From assembly GCA_002256025.1 (NCBI GenBank), contig NKIB01013171.1, forward strand, positions 1 through 63,194: DNA of 63,194 nucleotides. Reading direction: 5' to 3'. The notes under the pieces are model-generated. The model was not told where the DNA came from, ran no database searches, and saw only the letters and a list, made by a program, of their open reading frames with translations. Numbering within the stretch: the first letter of the stretch is position 1; each line of letters begins with the position of its first letter. Below, in pieces: positions 48,282 to 61,660 of this stretch. The stretch comes from Asterionella formosa (lineage: Eukaryota). Both the position numbers and the translations under genes were made by a program.

Positions 48282-48830
48282 TCGCTGACTACCAACTTCA
48301 ACTTGTTGACTGCAGACTTCTTGTTGCTAACTGCTGACTTGTTGATTTGATGAAAATTTGAAATATTTGCTGACTGCCTGACTACTGACATGTAGTTGCT
48401 GACTGCTAACTTCAACATGCTGATGTCAAGCAAGCTACTTTGTACACAGGAAGAGACCAACTACCGGTTCCAGTGTACAAATCATGTTTACTTTTCATAT
48501 TTCAAAAACGATGGAAACGCATCTTTTGTTGTTGGGATACTAAAAGCGATGCCTTCTACATTCATACTATTGGGGGTACTCTGTACATGATAAAAAAGTG
48601 TGAAATAGACAATGATGCCTGAAAAGTCATTGCTATCTATTTCTTCATATTGCTACCACTATGTACCAGTACTATCATAAAAATGCTGACTTCAACTTGC
48701 TAACTACTGACTGCGGACTTCGTTTCGCTGACTGCTGACTTGATTTGCTGAAAATTTGAAAAAATGGCTGACTGCTGACTTCTTTTGCTGACTGCTGACT
48801 TCAACTTACTGACTGCTGAGCGACTTCAAG
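48282..48830. repeat. Two ~150-bp direct-repeat blocks built from degenerate GCTGACT 7-mers
   Basis: 48282-48430 and 48684-48830 share TTGATTTG.TGAAAATTTGAAA and runs of (GCTGACT)n. Confidence 0.75.
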
Positions 48831-51379
48831 TTCATTTTGACAATAAAACGAGTAACGGCTTAATGTCTATGTAAACAACTATTTAAAGAATGACGGAGTG
48901 GCGAAAAATTTAGGGGTTCGACAATTTTTGGGGGTGTACCCCTGCCTTATTCTCATATGTGAATCGATGAACAGAAAACGAGCAACCTGCACGCTATGTG
49001 CGCTGATTACCGGACCTTCCTGGACTGTTAGACCTGGCATGTTTTGACGTGGTAGCAACATCATGTAGAAGTAGTTTCATCATGATGAAAATAGTCACAG
49101 TAGAATAAGAAAATTTTATGTTGCGCTTTTATTGAGAATCTAATAATGGAGTTTGTGGAGTTGCACTACTTGCTAGGGCCCAAATGGGCCCCAATGGAGC
49201 GAATGACGAGTGAGAGCAATTCCATTGAGGGACCCTTGCAGACTAGTAAAAAACAATAACAATGATGGTAGTAAGCAAGCGGAAGGAGCCCACATACTAA
49301 GGCTGTTACTAGAGTGTGTAGTCCAGCCATTACAGGTAGGACTGACCACAGAGAGGAAGTCCAATCAAGAAGTAGAAATAAAGGAATGATGGAAACTGCA
49401 TGGCCATTTAGGTAAATTCGTTTTAAATGAGAGTTGGAATTTGAAGAATCAATTGAAGTGGTTGTCTGATGAAGTCATCAGGTGAGATGAAGAGAAGGAT
49501 CTTGAGAGATGCAAAAAGTACATGGCAAACTGTAATGCCATTTCGATGAATTTAAATTTGAATTGTGAATCCTGGCAGGGAATTTCCAGGATGAAATGTA
49601 TGGCAGAAGGGTGTTGAGGGCTGAGAGGAGTGCCCGCTATTGCTTTGGGGTGGTTTGACGCCAAGGTATAACAATGAGCTTCTTTGTAGGATTGTGTCAA
49701 GGAAGTTGGCGGAGGTGGCATTTGGACGAGTAGAGTGATGAGATGAGCGTTTTTTGTTGTTGTAATCTGAAGCGGTGAGTGTGGATGAGTGGTGGTCAGA
49801 GGGTCAGAGCGGCGAGAAAGGGTAAAAGTGAAAACATTTCAGTGGGATTTTACAACCAAGCGGGGCTTTCTGGTTTTGACCGAAGATTCGAATTTACACT
49901 TGGAGGATTTGCATGGGGGATGAACAGGAGTGAGGGATACAGTGTCAGTCATAGGAATATCAGTAGGATCAGAGGCGGGAGGAGCAGCATCGGCGGAAAG
50001 TGCCATGGTCAAGGGTGATTAAAGCAGCAGCAGCGCTGTGAGAACGTCTGTAGGCCAGCATGTACCAGAGTAATATAATTAATAAGGGCAAGTATCCCGG
50101 AAATTTCAATGATCTATTGTTAAAAAATTGATGAAACTACACTTATATAAAAAGTATCATCACCATGATGAGCCTGATTCAGGCGACAGCTACACTACAA
50201 TTACTAACTGCGTGGTTTTGCTCCGCTTTTCCACGGCGCTGTTGACCTCGAAGCACACTAATGACAAGCCAAGGCTGTGCCTATTTCAGAGACAAAAATC
50301 AAGGAGTTGTCTATGATTAAATTCAGCTATTGTTGGAAATTGATGAAAATCGCCAATCAACAGGTTGCAAGCACCCACTTTGTCCAACAGCCGGCAAGTG
50401 TCACCCAAATCATCCAATGCCATCATAAAACAAGCGCCGCAACAGCAATGACATTTACGAAATCAAGGAAAAGACTTCTTTCATAAAGCGTCGCCCCCTA
50501 GTACAAAAACACCAACCGTGCAAGCACTGTGATGGCAGTGGTTCCTGGTACCAGAAGATCTCATTGCCAAAAACCAACAACTGCTAGAATGATAATCACA
50601 TCTACTAGTATGAGCGAAGTCATATAAAAAATGCATTGTTAGCATGAGGATATCATTACATTGCATTGTTACTTCAGTGGCGATTTGATTTGATTGTGAA
50701 TTATGATCCATAATGAATACATGATGAAGCTAGTAAATTCTTGTCCCACTATTCTATGTCTCTATTTTTGTACAGACAAACTCATGCGATGACTATTATT
50801 GGTACCAGTACCGGTAGGCTTTTATGGTCTCCAAGGAATGCATACACACAGGATTCTTGCCTAGTAGAAGGGTTTTTTACATCCATAATGGTCTCAAAAG
50901 TTATCACCATACATGCAAATCGAATACGCAAAATTGACATACCGGTATGTTCACGATGCATCGTCATGGATGCTCGCTCCCGATCAGCGCGCCAAATTCA
51001 AACAAATCATAATTATGAACCGGTAATTATGTTTACCGTTACTGAGTGTACCACCTAAACGATACAGGTAATAATGCAGTAGTAGTAACATATGTACAAT
51101 TGATTAATTACTAGCAGCCAGCCCGCACAAGATCATATGACGCATACATACGCCTCGCCTTCATTGCTGGATAAAGCTTGTTCTGTCAAAAACTGCTCCA
51201 AACTAGAATGTGTATGTCACTCAGCATTTCACTCAATATTTTCATCAAGAAACATGAAGGTGAGCGATTGCTTCCATAAAAGTACGCCACCGCTGGACAA
51301 GGATTCCTTCCTACTGCTCTAAGACACACAGTTTGCTCCACAAGCGTGTGTTTTCCCATTGGCGCACAACTTGCCCGAC

Positions 51380-52495
51380 ATGACAGAGCGTCATCGTCTC
51401 CATCGTCATCAACATCATGATGACCTGTCGGCGTCCACGACATCAACAGACTTGGATTTCCTCTCTCTCTTTTCTGACGATGGCAACACCGCCTATCGTT
51501 CCGAAACTTTGCCAGCCAATCAAAACACATCGTGGATAGGAGCACGAATGTCACCGATTGCGTTTGATGAAGAAGAGGAAGACGACCGACAGCACACAGC
51601 TCCCTATCAGCAAGCGTTGCACGACAGTATGGGTATGGAGCATTCATTTTCGCGGAATGAGAGGTCCGCACTCCTATCAGCTAAAGTGATTCAACCACTC
51701 CGGGATGGTCCACCACCGAGGCTACAAACCAAACGACGCCCGCGGTTGAAATCGACGTGTGATTGGGGAGTACTGGTATGTGCTACAGCAGGAATTCATT
51801 TGGCGTCAATAGCTCTTCATGATCTTTATTTATTGTATCTATCACATCGGCTGGGATATTCGAGCGACGTAGAACATTGGACTCTTCCTTGGTTGTCGCC
51901 CTCGAAACCCGTCTTGAGTCGTTTTGGAGCCTTTGTCCCTTGTCGATTATTGTTCCAGCGACAGTGGTGGAGAATGTTGACATGCGCTTTGACATGCACG
52001 TCTGTCGTGGAGTGGATAACTATCCTTGGAGATTGGTACATTATTAGATTCGGGGGAATCACAGCCATGAACATGTCGTGTTGGATCTATCTGTTATCTG
52101 TCTTGACGGGCCAAATTTGGATGATGGCGTGGGATTTTAATGGCCTCTCGGGATGTGCGACGTGGGGCACATGTGGGGTATTGTCAGCTTCCAGTAGTGC
52201 AACACCACGGCAACGATTCTTGTTGCTTAGCGCATCGACGGCCATGCTGGTTCTTGCCTTGTTCCAGCCTACCAACTCGTTCGTTGGTACGATGGGTGCG
52301 ACCTTTTTTGGTTGGGCATTTTGTGGGGTCATGACTGGCATCGACAAGGATGACGGGATCGAACCGAGAGGACCTATGCGATTCTTGTTTGCGTTCATCG
52401 TCTTGACACTGTGGATTGTTCCACTCTTGTGCATTGCCTTTCGAGAGCCGGTGACAGAGCGTGCGTTTAGTAATCTTGCTCCTGGAGTGAACTGA
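51380..52495 (+). CDS. Rhomboid-like membrane protein, probably catalytically inactive; 371 aa
   Basis: LSRFGA...QWWRMLT (WR motif) followed by several TM helices; the expected GxSG and TM6 His are not recognisable. Confidence 0.65.
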   Translation: MTERHRLHRHQHHDDLSASTTSTDLDFLSLFSDDGNTAYRSETLPANQNTSWIGARMSPIAFDEEEEDDRQHTAPYQQALHDSMGMEHSFSRNERSALLSAKVIQPLRDGPPPRLQTKRRPRLKSTCDWGVLVCATAGIHLASIALHDLYLLYLSHRLGYSSDVEHWTLPWLSPSKPVLSRFGAFVPCRLLFQRQWWRMLTCALTCTSVVEWITILGDWYIIRFGGITAMNMSCWIYLLSVLTGQIWMMAWDFNGLSGCATWGTCGVLSASSSATPRQRFLLLSASTAMLVLALFQPTNSFVGTMGATFFGWAFCGVMTGIDKDDGIEPRGPMRFLFAFIVLTLWIVPLLCIAFREPVTERAFSNLAPGVN

Positions 52496-52961
52496 AGCAC
52501 TAAATGAAGGGGGATATTACATTCATGGCTTTGCACCTTGAAGATTTTGATTTTGGCTCCATTTGGGGAACTGCATAAGTCACTAAATTAGGGAGATCAT
52601 TAAGGGAAACCAAGGTGGTATAATATTTGGGAGGAATTCGAACAATTTGGGGAAAACGAGCAAAAACGATGAATACAATTGATGCGTGAAATCAACGAGG
52701 GCGACAAATAATATTCTTGTAAGAGGACATAGACCCAGATAAGATGGGACACAGAAAAACTCTGTTCAGCGACATGTTGCAGTAGCACGGTCAACAGAAA
52801 AAACAGTCTTGATGTGCTCATCAGTGCCCGAAATCGTCTGGACAACAACTTCGTGAGTGAACAGTAGCACAATAATGGATTCTACTAGCAGGTAGAAAAT
52901 AGAATGAAGGTAATGTGATATCTCATCGCCTTTAAATTTAAGTGATTTTCTTTTCCTGGGC

Positions 52962-55162
52962 TCATAACTCCCAGAACGGTCTCAGAACAACAACCAAAAT
53001 ACTGACATTGTCCCGACTTCGTCGTACACGAATAGCTTGGTCACTCAAAATTCGGGCAACCTCGGCAGGTTCCCCTCGATGCGCAATGAGTTCTTGCCGA
53101 GCCAACGCGATGGCATCTTGCGACCGGAATACATCAAAGAGTCCATCGCAGGCCAGTAGTAAAAATTCGTCATTATGGCTCAGAATCTTTCGTGGTGATT
53201 AAAGAACGTGTTAGAATTTTTCCACACATGAGTGACAGGATGTAATATTTATACCGGTACTTTGTCTTACGTACCATAGAGGCAATTTCAGGTTCCGCGC
53301 TGACTAGCGGTGCAGTTAGGTCTTTGGCTTGTTCATTCTCATTTGCACCGCCAGCCATATCTTCCGCCTCTTCCTCCAGCATTGCCTTGATTCCCATCTT
53401 GAAAGATTTGTCACCAAAAGCACGGGTGATAGCCAATTCTCCCATGACACGCTTGTGCAAAATAAAACCACCAGCTGCTCGAACGCGAGCAGCTTCATCC
53501 GGTCTGCTAGGCTTGTGATCGCTGGTTAGTTCAACACACTGGCCACCTCCACGACACAGCACAACCCGGCTATCACCGACATTCGCGGCAAACAATCTCC
53601 GACCCATCAGAATGACAGTTGCTGCCGTTGAACCACTTTGTGGGGCTGTCTTCGGTGAGATGAAATCCTTGTCAGTTTTGAGGTACGCAGTCTTCAGAAT
53701 TTTTCTCATCAACTCTGACGCTGCATCTTCTGTTTGTTCCGATTGATTTCTGGTTCCGCGGCTGCTTTCAATTGCCTTTTGGAGGTTTTCCTTTTGGTCC
53801 AGCATGTGCGTACGAATTTGATGAGGCAATGCATCGACAAGATAATTAGAGCACTCATCACCTCCATGACCATCAAAAACGGCAAGAAACGTTGTCATTG
53901 CAAGTTCTTCCAGGTGCTCCTTAGGTTCGTTCTTGTAATATCCATGTCGAGGTTCATACATGAGGCTCTGAATGACAACTGTTCTATCCTCCATAGTTGG
54001 TCTCGCACCAATAGCTTCAGAAATACCATAGTCGAAGCGATTAACTGAGAACCCAGTTCTTCCGACAATGAATTCGTCACCAATACATAGTGATCCCATC
54101 CCCTTCTGACCGTATGGTCCAACAAGTCGCATATACGATCCGTTCTTTAAAAGGCAAGATCAAAAAACAGGTGAGCAAATCAGTGAAACTTAACAGGAAT
54201 AATATGTAGCAACTGCTAAGCAATGCACTCACCGTACTCTCAAGGTCGCACAATATAAAAACGCCTCCTGTTTTGCTTCCTCGGGCATTGCGATTGAGAG
54301 GAGAAGGCACATATAAGACAGCTCCGTGTCGGCGACTCAATTCCCGGTCCATGATGCAAAGGTCTGCCTCGTGAGCTCGTCCAAAGACAAAAGGACATCT
54401 GGAAGCGTGAACGTCAATTAACTTGCCTCGCATAGGTCCCTTTGAACAATGAATTGTGACTTTTTGCTTTGTTTCGTTTAAGTCTTCCACATTGAATACA
54501 GAGTTACCAGCTGCAAAAGACGCGCCCTTGCATAAAATCCACCGATCTGCGTCCAATGACAAAGTCTGCGCATCACGACGAGGGCCGTCGGGTCCAGGTT
54601 GTAAAGTAGTAAAGACCTTAGCCTTGCCCACACGAATTGCAGTGTCTCCTCGTGGACCTTGAATATGCCAACCTGATGTCAGTCCCGAGCGCAGAGCATG
54701 GAGAGTAGGTTGATCTCCATCAGCATCTATAATCCGAGAAAGAACACCTGCAGCCGGACCAGTCATGCTGTCATCCATGCGACGGCAAATGTCATCGGGT
54801 GCATGCGACGTTGGTCCGCCATTTCCAATTGAAGTGGGACGACCATATAGGGTCCAAAAGGCAGTTGCTGGTTCTGGTTTGCCTTCGTCTTCATCTTCCG
54901 ACGTTGTGAACTTCAAGCATATTCTAAAGAGTGACCTCGTATAGACCTCCCTGGATGACGCAAACTGGCGACCTCCTTTCGTCCATGCATCCTTGTCTAT
55001 TTGCGCTGCAGGTGGCTTATTAGCGTTGTTTGCCGCAGCGTTATGGGAATTGGTATTGTTTGATCCAGTGACAAAGTTAAGGATGGCAGGTCCACCTCCG
55101 CCGCCGTTTCCATAGGTTTGTGCATCAGGTAATGTAGCCATCCTTAGTCTATCACTTCCCAT
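52962..55162 (-). CDS. FHA-domain protein phosphatase 2C (KAPP-like architecture); about 674 aa, 3 exons
   Basis: Exons 55162-54233, 54144-53275 and 53186-52962 in frame; FHA FGR...SRRH...DLEST/NGS spans intron 1; PP2C RPTMED, VFDGHGG, ANVGDSR, DHKP, TRAFGD, ACDGLFD, DNVS. Confidence 0.9.
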
Positions 55163-55824
55163 TAATATTATACTAAAAAGAAACTGGGTTCCTGACCATT
55201 TGCAAGCCCTCAGGAGGCGGACGAGAACTTGTGAAGGGGATAAAGGCTGCGGGGGAAATGACTCGCACTTTAAAGGCTTAAAAAGCAAGTGCACGATAGA
55301 ACTCGAAGGGTTCAGTACTGAGGATAAATGAACACTGTACACGATTATAGAATCAAGGTTGTCTTTCTTGAACGATCGAGAATACCGTCAATGCCGACTA
55401 AAATTTCTCGGGAAGGGTGCCGAAATGACAATGGGAGTGCAGGCGATTCTTGCTGTAGAAGTGCTCGTAGAAAGTATGACAACAAAAAATTGTTGGGTAT
55501 GATATCTTTTGTCGGATTGAACAAATTCTTGTAACGACAACTCTAACCTTCTTAACTTCAATCAATGAAGGAGGATGCGACAATTAGAAAGAGAAAGAAA
55601 TCACTCAGAAAGCAAGTCACTGAGCAATGCGGAGAAAGGTAGGATTGCAATAGTCCTTTGCTGCCGTTGGTTTCTTTGTTCACCATACGGCATATAGTAT
55701 GTACGTATCACGTTTGTTTTTGTGCTAGACACAGAGGCTTTGCACGCGCTGTGGTCCAGCGTCGCAATGCGGAAAAATAGTGTGAAGCGAACACCGACCA
55801 TCAACGAGTGCGCAAACAAAACAC

Positions 55825-56050
55825 CGGGTACCTGTTACCTACCAGGTACCAGGTACCAGGTACCTATGTATTGTTTTTATAATCAACACATATCATATGT
55901 TGGATGCAACACCATACAAACACGGCATCTATTCCGTAGTATCATACTGGTATATATAGCCTGCATACGGCACACCGGTTTTTAAGTATGGACTCTTGTT
56001 TTTATGAAAATGGTACCTGGTACTGGTAGCGGTATCCTGGCTGGTCCAGG
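55825..56050. repeat. TACC(A/T)GG palindromic micro-repeat array upstream of the PP2C gene
   Basis: TACCAGGTACCAGGTACCAGGTACCT at about 55840-55865 and further units to 56050. Confidence 0.8.
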
Positions 56051-56099
56051 TGCTTCGGGTGACAGTGGAATTCCACTCCTGGCTGGTGGTCATATTTAG

Positions 56100-56900
56100 T
56101 TGATGGTACTCCCTCTGTTCAACTGAAGTTGCAACCAAACTTTAGACCACTGCCTCTCATAAAGCAAAACCTCAAATAATTATCTTCCTATATCAAAATT
56201 ATTCCGAGCTGAATGGTGTGTATGATATATGCTCTAAGAAGTCTAGAATTAGGTGAACCTGAGACCTCGATTTTTGTTTTGGCACATTTTTTGTAGAATC
56301 ACACCCCGATAGGAATGTTTGCTCTGGACCCATTTTCATTGACCGTTCAATAGTCAATAGACACAAGAACAAGGATTTGACACAAGAACAAGAATTTGAC
56401 ACCAGAACATTGACAATAGCTACATCATTGATTGCTCGCTTCAAATCCTCAAAAGGGAAAACATGATTGGAGATGATGAAATGGACGGTTGGCTCATAGT
56501 AAATCCGGGTGTTTACCTCCAGTTGGCTAAAAAATCGACTTCAGTAGAATCTCAATTTATTGTATATGGAAGCGCGCGCTTGAATTGTCCATTAATGGAG
56601 ATACTGAAACTTACTTGGCACTGTCCTGAAAAAACAAGTGTGGGACAAGAGGTCCCATTCTATTTCAAATAGAAAATACATGGGTCCACTTGACGCTGAG
56701 TCAGACCCCCTAATTTCAGAATTTCAACCAATTTATTAAAAAATTGTAAAGCTCCCTGAAGTGTCTCATACATCGCTTTGTTGAACAAAATTCAATAATT
56801 TTCTGTGTCAGCTTTTGTTTCATAAACAACCTCATCTATTCCTTCTGTCCAACCAATGCAAATGGCTTCATCCATATCACCTTCTAGGAATGCTGCTGAA
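56100..56900 (-). mobile_element. Heavily decayed Copia RT/RNase H fragment
   Basis: AAFLEGDMDEAICIGWTEG and FNKAMYETLQGALQFF on the minus strand with stops and frameshifts; boundaries approximate. Confidence 0.6.
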
Positions 56901-58714
56901 GGCAATACACGCCCGAGGTGGTCACGTGCCTGCAAGTATACCTGTGTTCGAGGCTGGTTGGCGCAAGTACTAGGTTGACCATATGAGTGGTGCCCAAGGC
57001 AAGTAGCCACCAAGAAGATATTGTTGAGTCAATTTCCGCTCTAGCTATCATCGCGTCATTCGTTTACTTACCTACTGCCCACCAAAAAAGCATAAATCTC
57101 AATTTTAGCCTAGTATTGCCCATCATATAAAATATATTTCATATATTTTCTATCCTCACCTCGAAAATTGCCAAAGGTCCGATATTGCCAATGATTAAAA
57201 TATATTTTGTATATTTCATATGTTCGCATTTTGGCAAGACAACAGACGCCAATTGCCTCTTGGTTTTCCAGCCCTGGAATTGCCAAAATCGGCAAGGGGT
57301 CTACGTAAGGAAACCATTTTATATACTATACAGATTTTAATAATTTATATCTAGAATTCACCTCGTTTTTGTTCGTCTCCTGAAAAGTGGACTCTGGCAA
57401 TTCACCTTTCACCATGCCAATCGTTGTCCATCATGACCGGTTTGAAGCAAAGTCAGTTCCGTGATGACGCCAGGAGTAGCAATTCATTATCTAATGGATG
57501 CGGTTGGTTATTGGATTGTGTGTCTTCTCGAGGCATTCATGTAGTTGCATCGTCCATAATTTCGTCGGACGAACAATGATATCGATACATCTGATGTTGG
57601 TGGCAAGTTTTTGCTCCGGTCATGCATGTGATGATGCTTGCTGAATGGATATTCTAGTCATCTAGTCTACATACGTATGTGGTACTAAAAACAACCATGC
57701 ATGGTTTAAGCTATACTTTAATGCTTACTTTGAACACGTAATAATATTATCTCTATAGACTCGGTATTATTTTTATAAGACCTGAAATGTTGAATTATAT
57801 TGTTCACTTATTCATTGATTTTACGTACCGTATGCCTGATTTCATCCTCACAAATATAGTTCTCACTCTATTTTGCCTGCCTTTGCTCTATTCGGGCTTG
57901 CAATAGGCAATGTTCGTCTTTCTTTGATCCCAGTGTCTGCTGCTTGTTATGCTAGTTGAATTGGATGAGTGAGTACAACAGTGGAACACTGAATGTGGAT
58001 TGAAGATTGTATTTGTTATCGACTTTCCGATTTGATTGCTTCTGTGGTTTGTTTTGATCGCTTCCATCATTGTTTGTCGTTATGCACTGTCGTTTTGTTT
58101 CGATTGTATATATCTACATAAGAACCAATGCATTTATCAATGACTACTCATTGAAGATGTGGTATTGTGCCATTGTTGATCGTATTTGTTGATTTCTATA
58201 GTTGTTGACAATGATGTCAATATTGCCGCCAAGCAATGCTTTTCTTGTACTCATGCGCTTTGCTACATTTCTACGATGAGTTCGTATCAGAAGCTACGTA
58301 TATTCAGCTGGAGGGAGTCGATAGTGCTGAAGCAGCCTGTCAATTATACTCAATCAGAATGGATTGGAATGGAATGATGATCAGGATTGTTTGGTGTTGG
58401 GAGGAATGACTGTGGGCGGAAGGACTCATTTGACGCTTCTTATTACATTGCATTTCATACTTTGGTTGCTCCAAACATCATGTTCAATTTTCATTGATGT
58501 TGCATGTTACAATCATTCTCATTTGTTTTACGCTTGTTGTACCATCTCTATGCATATTACCGTTATTCTGGTTGTCATTAAAAATTCGATGTGTCCCATA
58601 TTGTTCTTTAATAAAAATTACTTAGAGCCTAAAAATTACTTAGAAGTACCAAAATGGCAAGACAATAGCTGGAGTGGGAATTGCCTCCACATCTATGGGG
58701 GGGAATGATTCTTT

Positions 58715-59650
58715 GGTTGAATCTGTGTAGCGATGTTACTGGTGCTGCTTCCTAGCATTCCTATGGTTAACTTGCATGTTGTCCTTTTGTTGTTGTGATG
58801 TTGTTGTGCTATCAATTCTGCAGCAAAATTATCGATGATAATTCCTATTCCTGTATTTTTCTGGTAATGATGTTTGCAATTGTACTGTGCATGAAAGGTG
58901 GTGGCAGCACTTTTGAGGCTGTGGCCTGGTCCTGTAGTTGTTTGATGGCATGATGTCTTGTCAATGTGATGGTCAGCTTTCTCAATCATGGTTCCTATTC
59001 CTGTTGTTGTTTTGTGTGATGTCCTTTTGTTGTGATATTTGTGATGAATATTCAACTTGATTGATCCAGTTTCATGATTGATGATGGTTCCTATTCTTAT
59101 TTTTTTCTGATGGGAGGCAGGTCCATTTGTAGTGATATTTATGAAGAGCTTGTGCCTGAACCAGTGTGGCAGAGTGATCGATAGTGGTACCTATTCCTTT
59201 AGTTGTATTGTTTGATGTCCTGTTGACATGATCCTTGCAGTGGGGTTGCGCTTGAAGAGAGGCAGTGGTACTGTTGATGATGGTTCTTACAGCTGTAGGT
59301 GCTGTCTTGTGTGTAGTCCTTTTGTTGTAAGGTTTGTGATGAGTTTGCAGTGCCAAAAGTGCAATAGTTGTATCGATAATGGTTCCTATTCCTGTATTTG
59401 TCTTGTTTGAGGTCCTGTTTTTGTTTTCCTTGAAATTTTGTGCCTGCAATGGAATGACAGCATTACCAATGATGGTTCTTATTCCTGTAGTTGGATTTAG
59501 TGATATCCTGTCATCATGATGTTTGTGATGAGTTTGCGCATGAACCAATACAGGAGTGGCTTTTGCGATGATGGTTCCAATTCCTGTAGTTTTTGCATGT
59601 GATATCCTATCGTCGAGATGATTGTGCTGAGTTTGCGCCTTTGTTGACAA
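58715..59650 (-). repeat. Degenerate ~96-99 bp tandem repeat, reading as 32-33 aa 'TGIGTII...AQ.HHK...RTS' units
   Basis: Recurrent ATGGTTCCTATTCCTGT core about every 96-99 bp; ORFs 59072-59650 and 58693-59055 both show the unit. Confidence 0.8.
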
Positions 59651-60329
59651 TGTGGCAACAGTATTGATGATTGTTCCTTTTTCTGTACTGGCTGGCTGTC
59701 TTGTGTGATTGCTGCTTCTGAGGTTGTTGAGAGTATTGCCATTGCGAGTTGTCTCTTTTTGTTTTGTGTCATAGTAGTAGAGTGGGTTAAATGGAGGTTC
59801 TGCTGTCGATTAATTCTCCTATCAAACAGGCAATGGGGAGAATACTGAACCTAATGTTGTAATTAGCGCTATCGAAGGGTACCACATAAAAAAGTGATCA
59901 CAAAGCAATATTCAACACAACTTGTTGGATGGGAAAAACTCGACATATTCTAGACAGGGATTTTTTGCTCAAAGAGGAACAAAATGCACGCTGATTCTAC
60001 AGGCGGTAGTACCAGGCGCCTGCATGTCATAAGACAGACCTCGCAGGACTACACCTAACGGTTTTCCCCGTTAAGCATCCGCCCAACGCCCGAGATACCC
60101 TGAGGTATACAAAGAATTCACCTCTGTCATGAAATTGTATTCCACTTTGAAATCAATCATTGTATTGTCGTTTTTCTCTGTTCCAGCTGTATCCGGTGTA
60201 GGTGCCACATGTAGGGTATGCTCCAAAACCATCCTACTGTTAGCAGGGGGAAAGGGTGGTTCCACCATGGTGGGGAGAAGGTACGCACCACCCCTCAACC
60301 AGAGCGCAATGTAGACTCACCTGTAGACT

Positions 60330-61660
60330 CCTGGTACACTTTAATTTTTAGTAACTTAGTATGCTGTTTTTTATTCCATGTTTGCGGAATTATGCTGCCT
60401 CCACATCCATGATTTTGCAGATCCATCATTCATTCACATCATTGTTGTGATTGTATAGTGTGATTGCAAAAACCATTCATGTTGCCATGTCTGTTGCAAC
60501 TGGAACAAATGACTCAGTCAAGTCAATGCCAGGGATTTGCACTAATCCCTTCATAACAGTTTTTCCTTAATAGCGAATTGATAAGTCTTGTTCAGACTTT
60601 TCTTAAATACCCATTAGCTGCCTACATCTTGCATCCATTGAACATATTCCTTGGAAACCTTTCCCACACTTTGCATTTGTAGAAATTGTTGATTTCAAAT
60701 TTCATTTCAATCCACTTCTTGCATTTCATTGCTTGCTTATATAGTTTTGATGCTCCAGGATCTGATGCTAATGTTGTTGAAGATATCCAATGCATTGCAA
60801 TGACTTTGTCAATTTTGTTGACCATTGTCGTATTAGCTTCCTCAAGTTATTTTGGTGATGCCAGCTTTGGTGCTCTACTAGCAGTTTTCATTGGAATCTT
60901 TTTCCATCCATCCAATTTCCTCATCTCTCTTTGCAATTTGCTTTTTTTGGAAGCACTATCTGTATTCTATCTCCCTGCTCCAGAGGGAGCAAAATGTAGA
61001 ATAGGTTTGATAGGTGATATTGGTGTGGTGGTTGGGGTATCAACTCTATCATCCAGAACTGGGAATGGTACCACAATTGCAGGTAGTAATGTAACCTTTA
61101 TTGTGTCATAAACTGTCATGTCTGTGGTGACATAGTTTTTCCCACCATGCCACTCTTGCCAGTTGATGTTCCTAGTGTTGATCAATTCCTTGGATTCAGG
61201 TCAGTACATTCTATATGTGCCCCTTGCATGATTGATAGAGTAGCCAATCATTATTCATTTACCAGTAGTAGCTAGCTTTGGCTTCAAGTTTTGGAACCTT
61301 TCCTGGAGTTTTCAACCAACCATGTCCAAATTCAATGAGATGCCCATATATCTCAGGACATTAGCCCAAGAAAATCCAATCGGGATTTTTCTGCATGTTG
61401 TTTGTGTTAAGTACACTATTTGTTAGGTATGTTTGCGTGTTGATACTTTCCGCCCATAGGAGTCCCTGTGACTCATCAGAAAATTTTGCCTTCAGCGTTG
61501 CAGCAATGCTTTTGTCCCTATTAGTCAAGAACTTTCATTCCACCATACTATTTTGCTGCGGAGTAATGGAGCAGTAAATTCAATAGTGATATTTAGCATG
61601 TCACACATCATAGAGAGTCCCTTGGTGTACCGGTAATCCCCTGCATTGTGACCATCATAG
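60330..61660 (-). mobile_element. Decayed Copia retrotransposon, integrase to RT region
   Basis: IEFTAP...QQN, LWAESINT, IGYSINHARGTYRMY, LASDPG...KQAM...EINNF..KVW, KGLVQIPGID, DVEAA in broken minus-strand frames; integrase precedes RT as in Copia. Confidence 0.8.

Noticed and set aside
49140..50100. Possible LINE or other transposon ORF remnant
   Set aside because: Composition suggests decayed repeat DNA but no diagnostic motif was found in any frame.
56100..61660. The two Copia remnants as one element split by an insertion
   Set aside because: Both appear to contain the (DV)EAAF region of RT, so they overlap in pol and are more likely separate copies.
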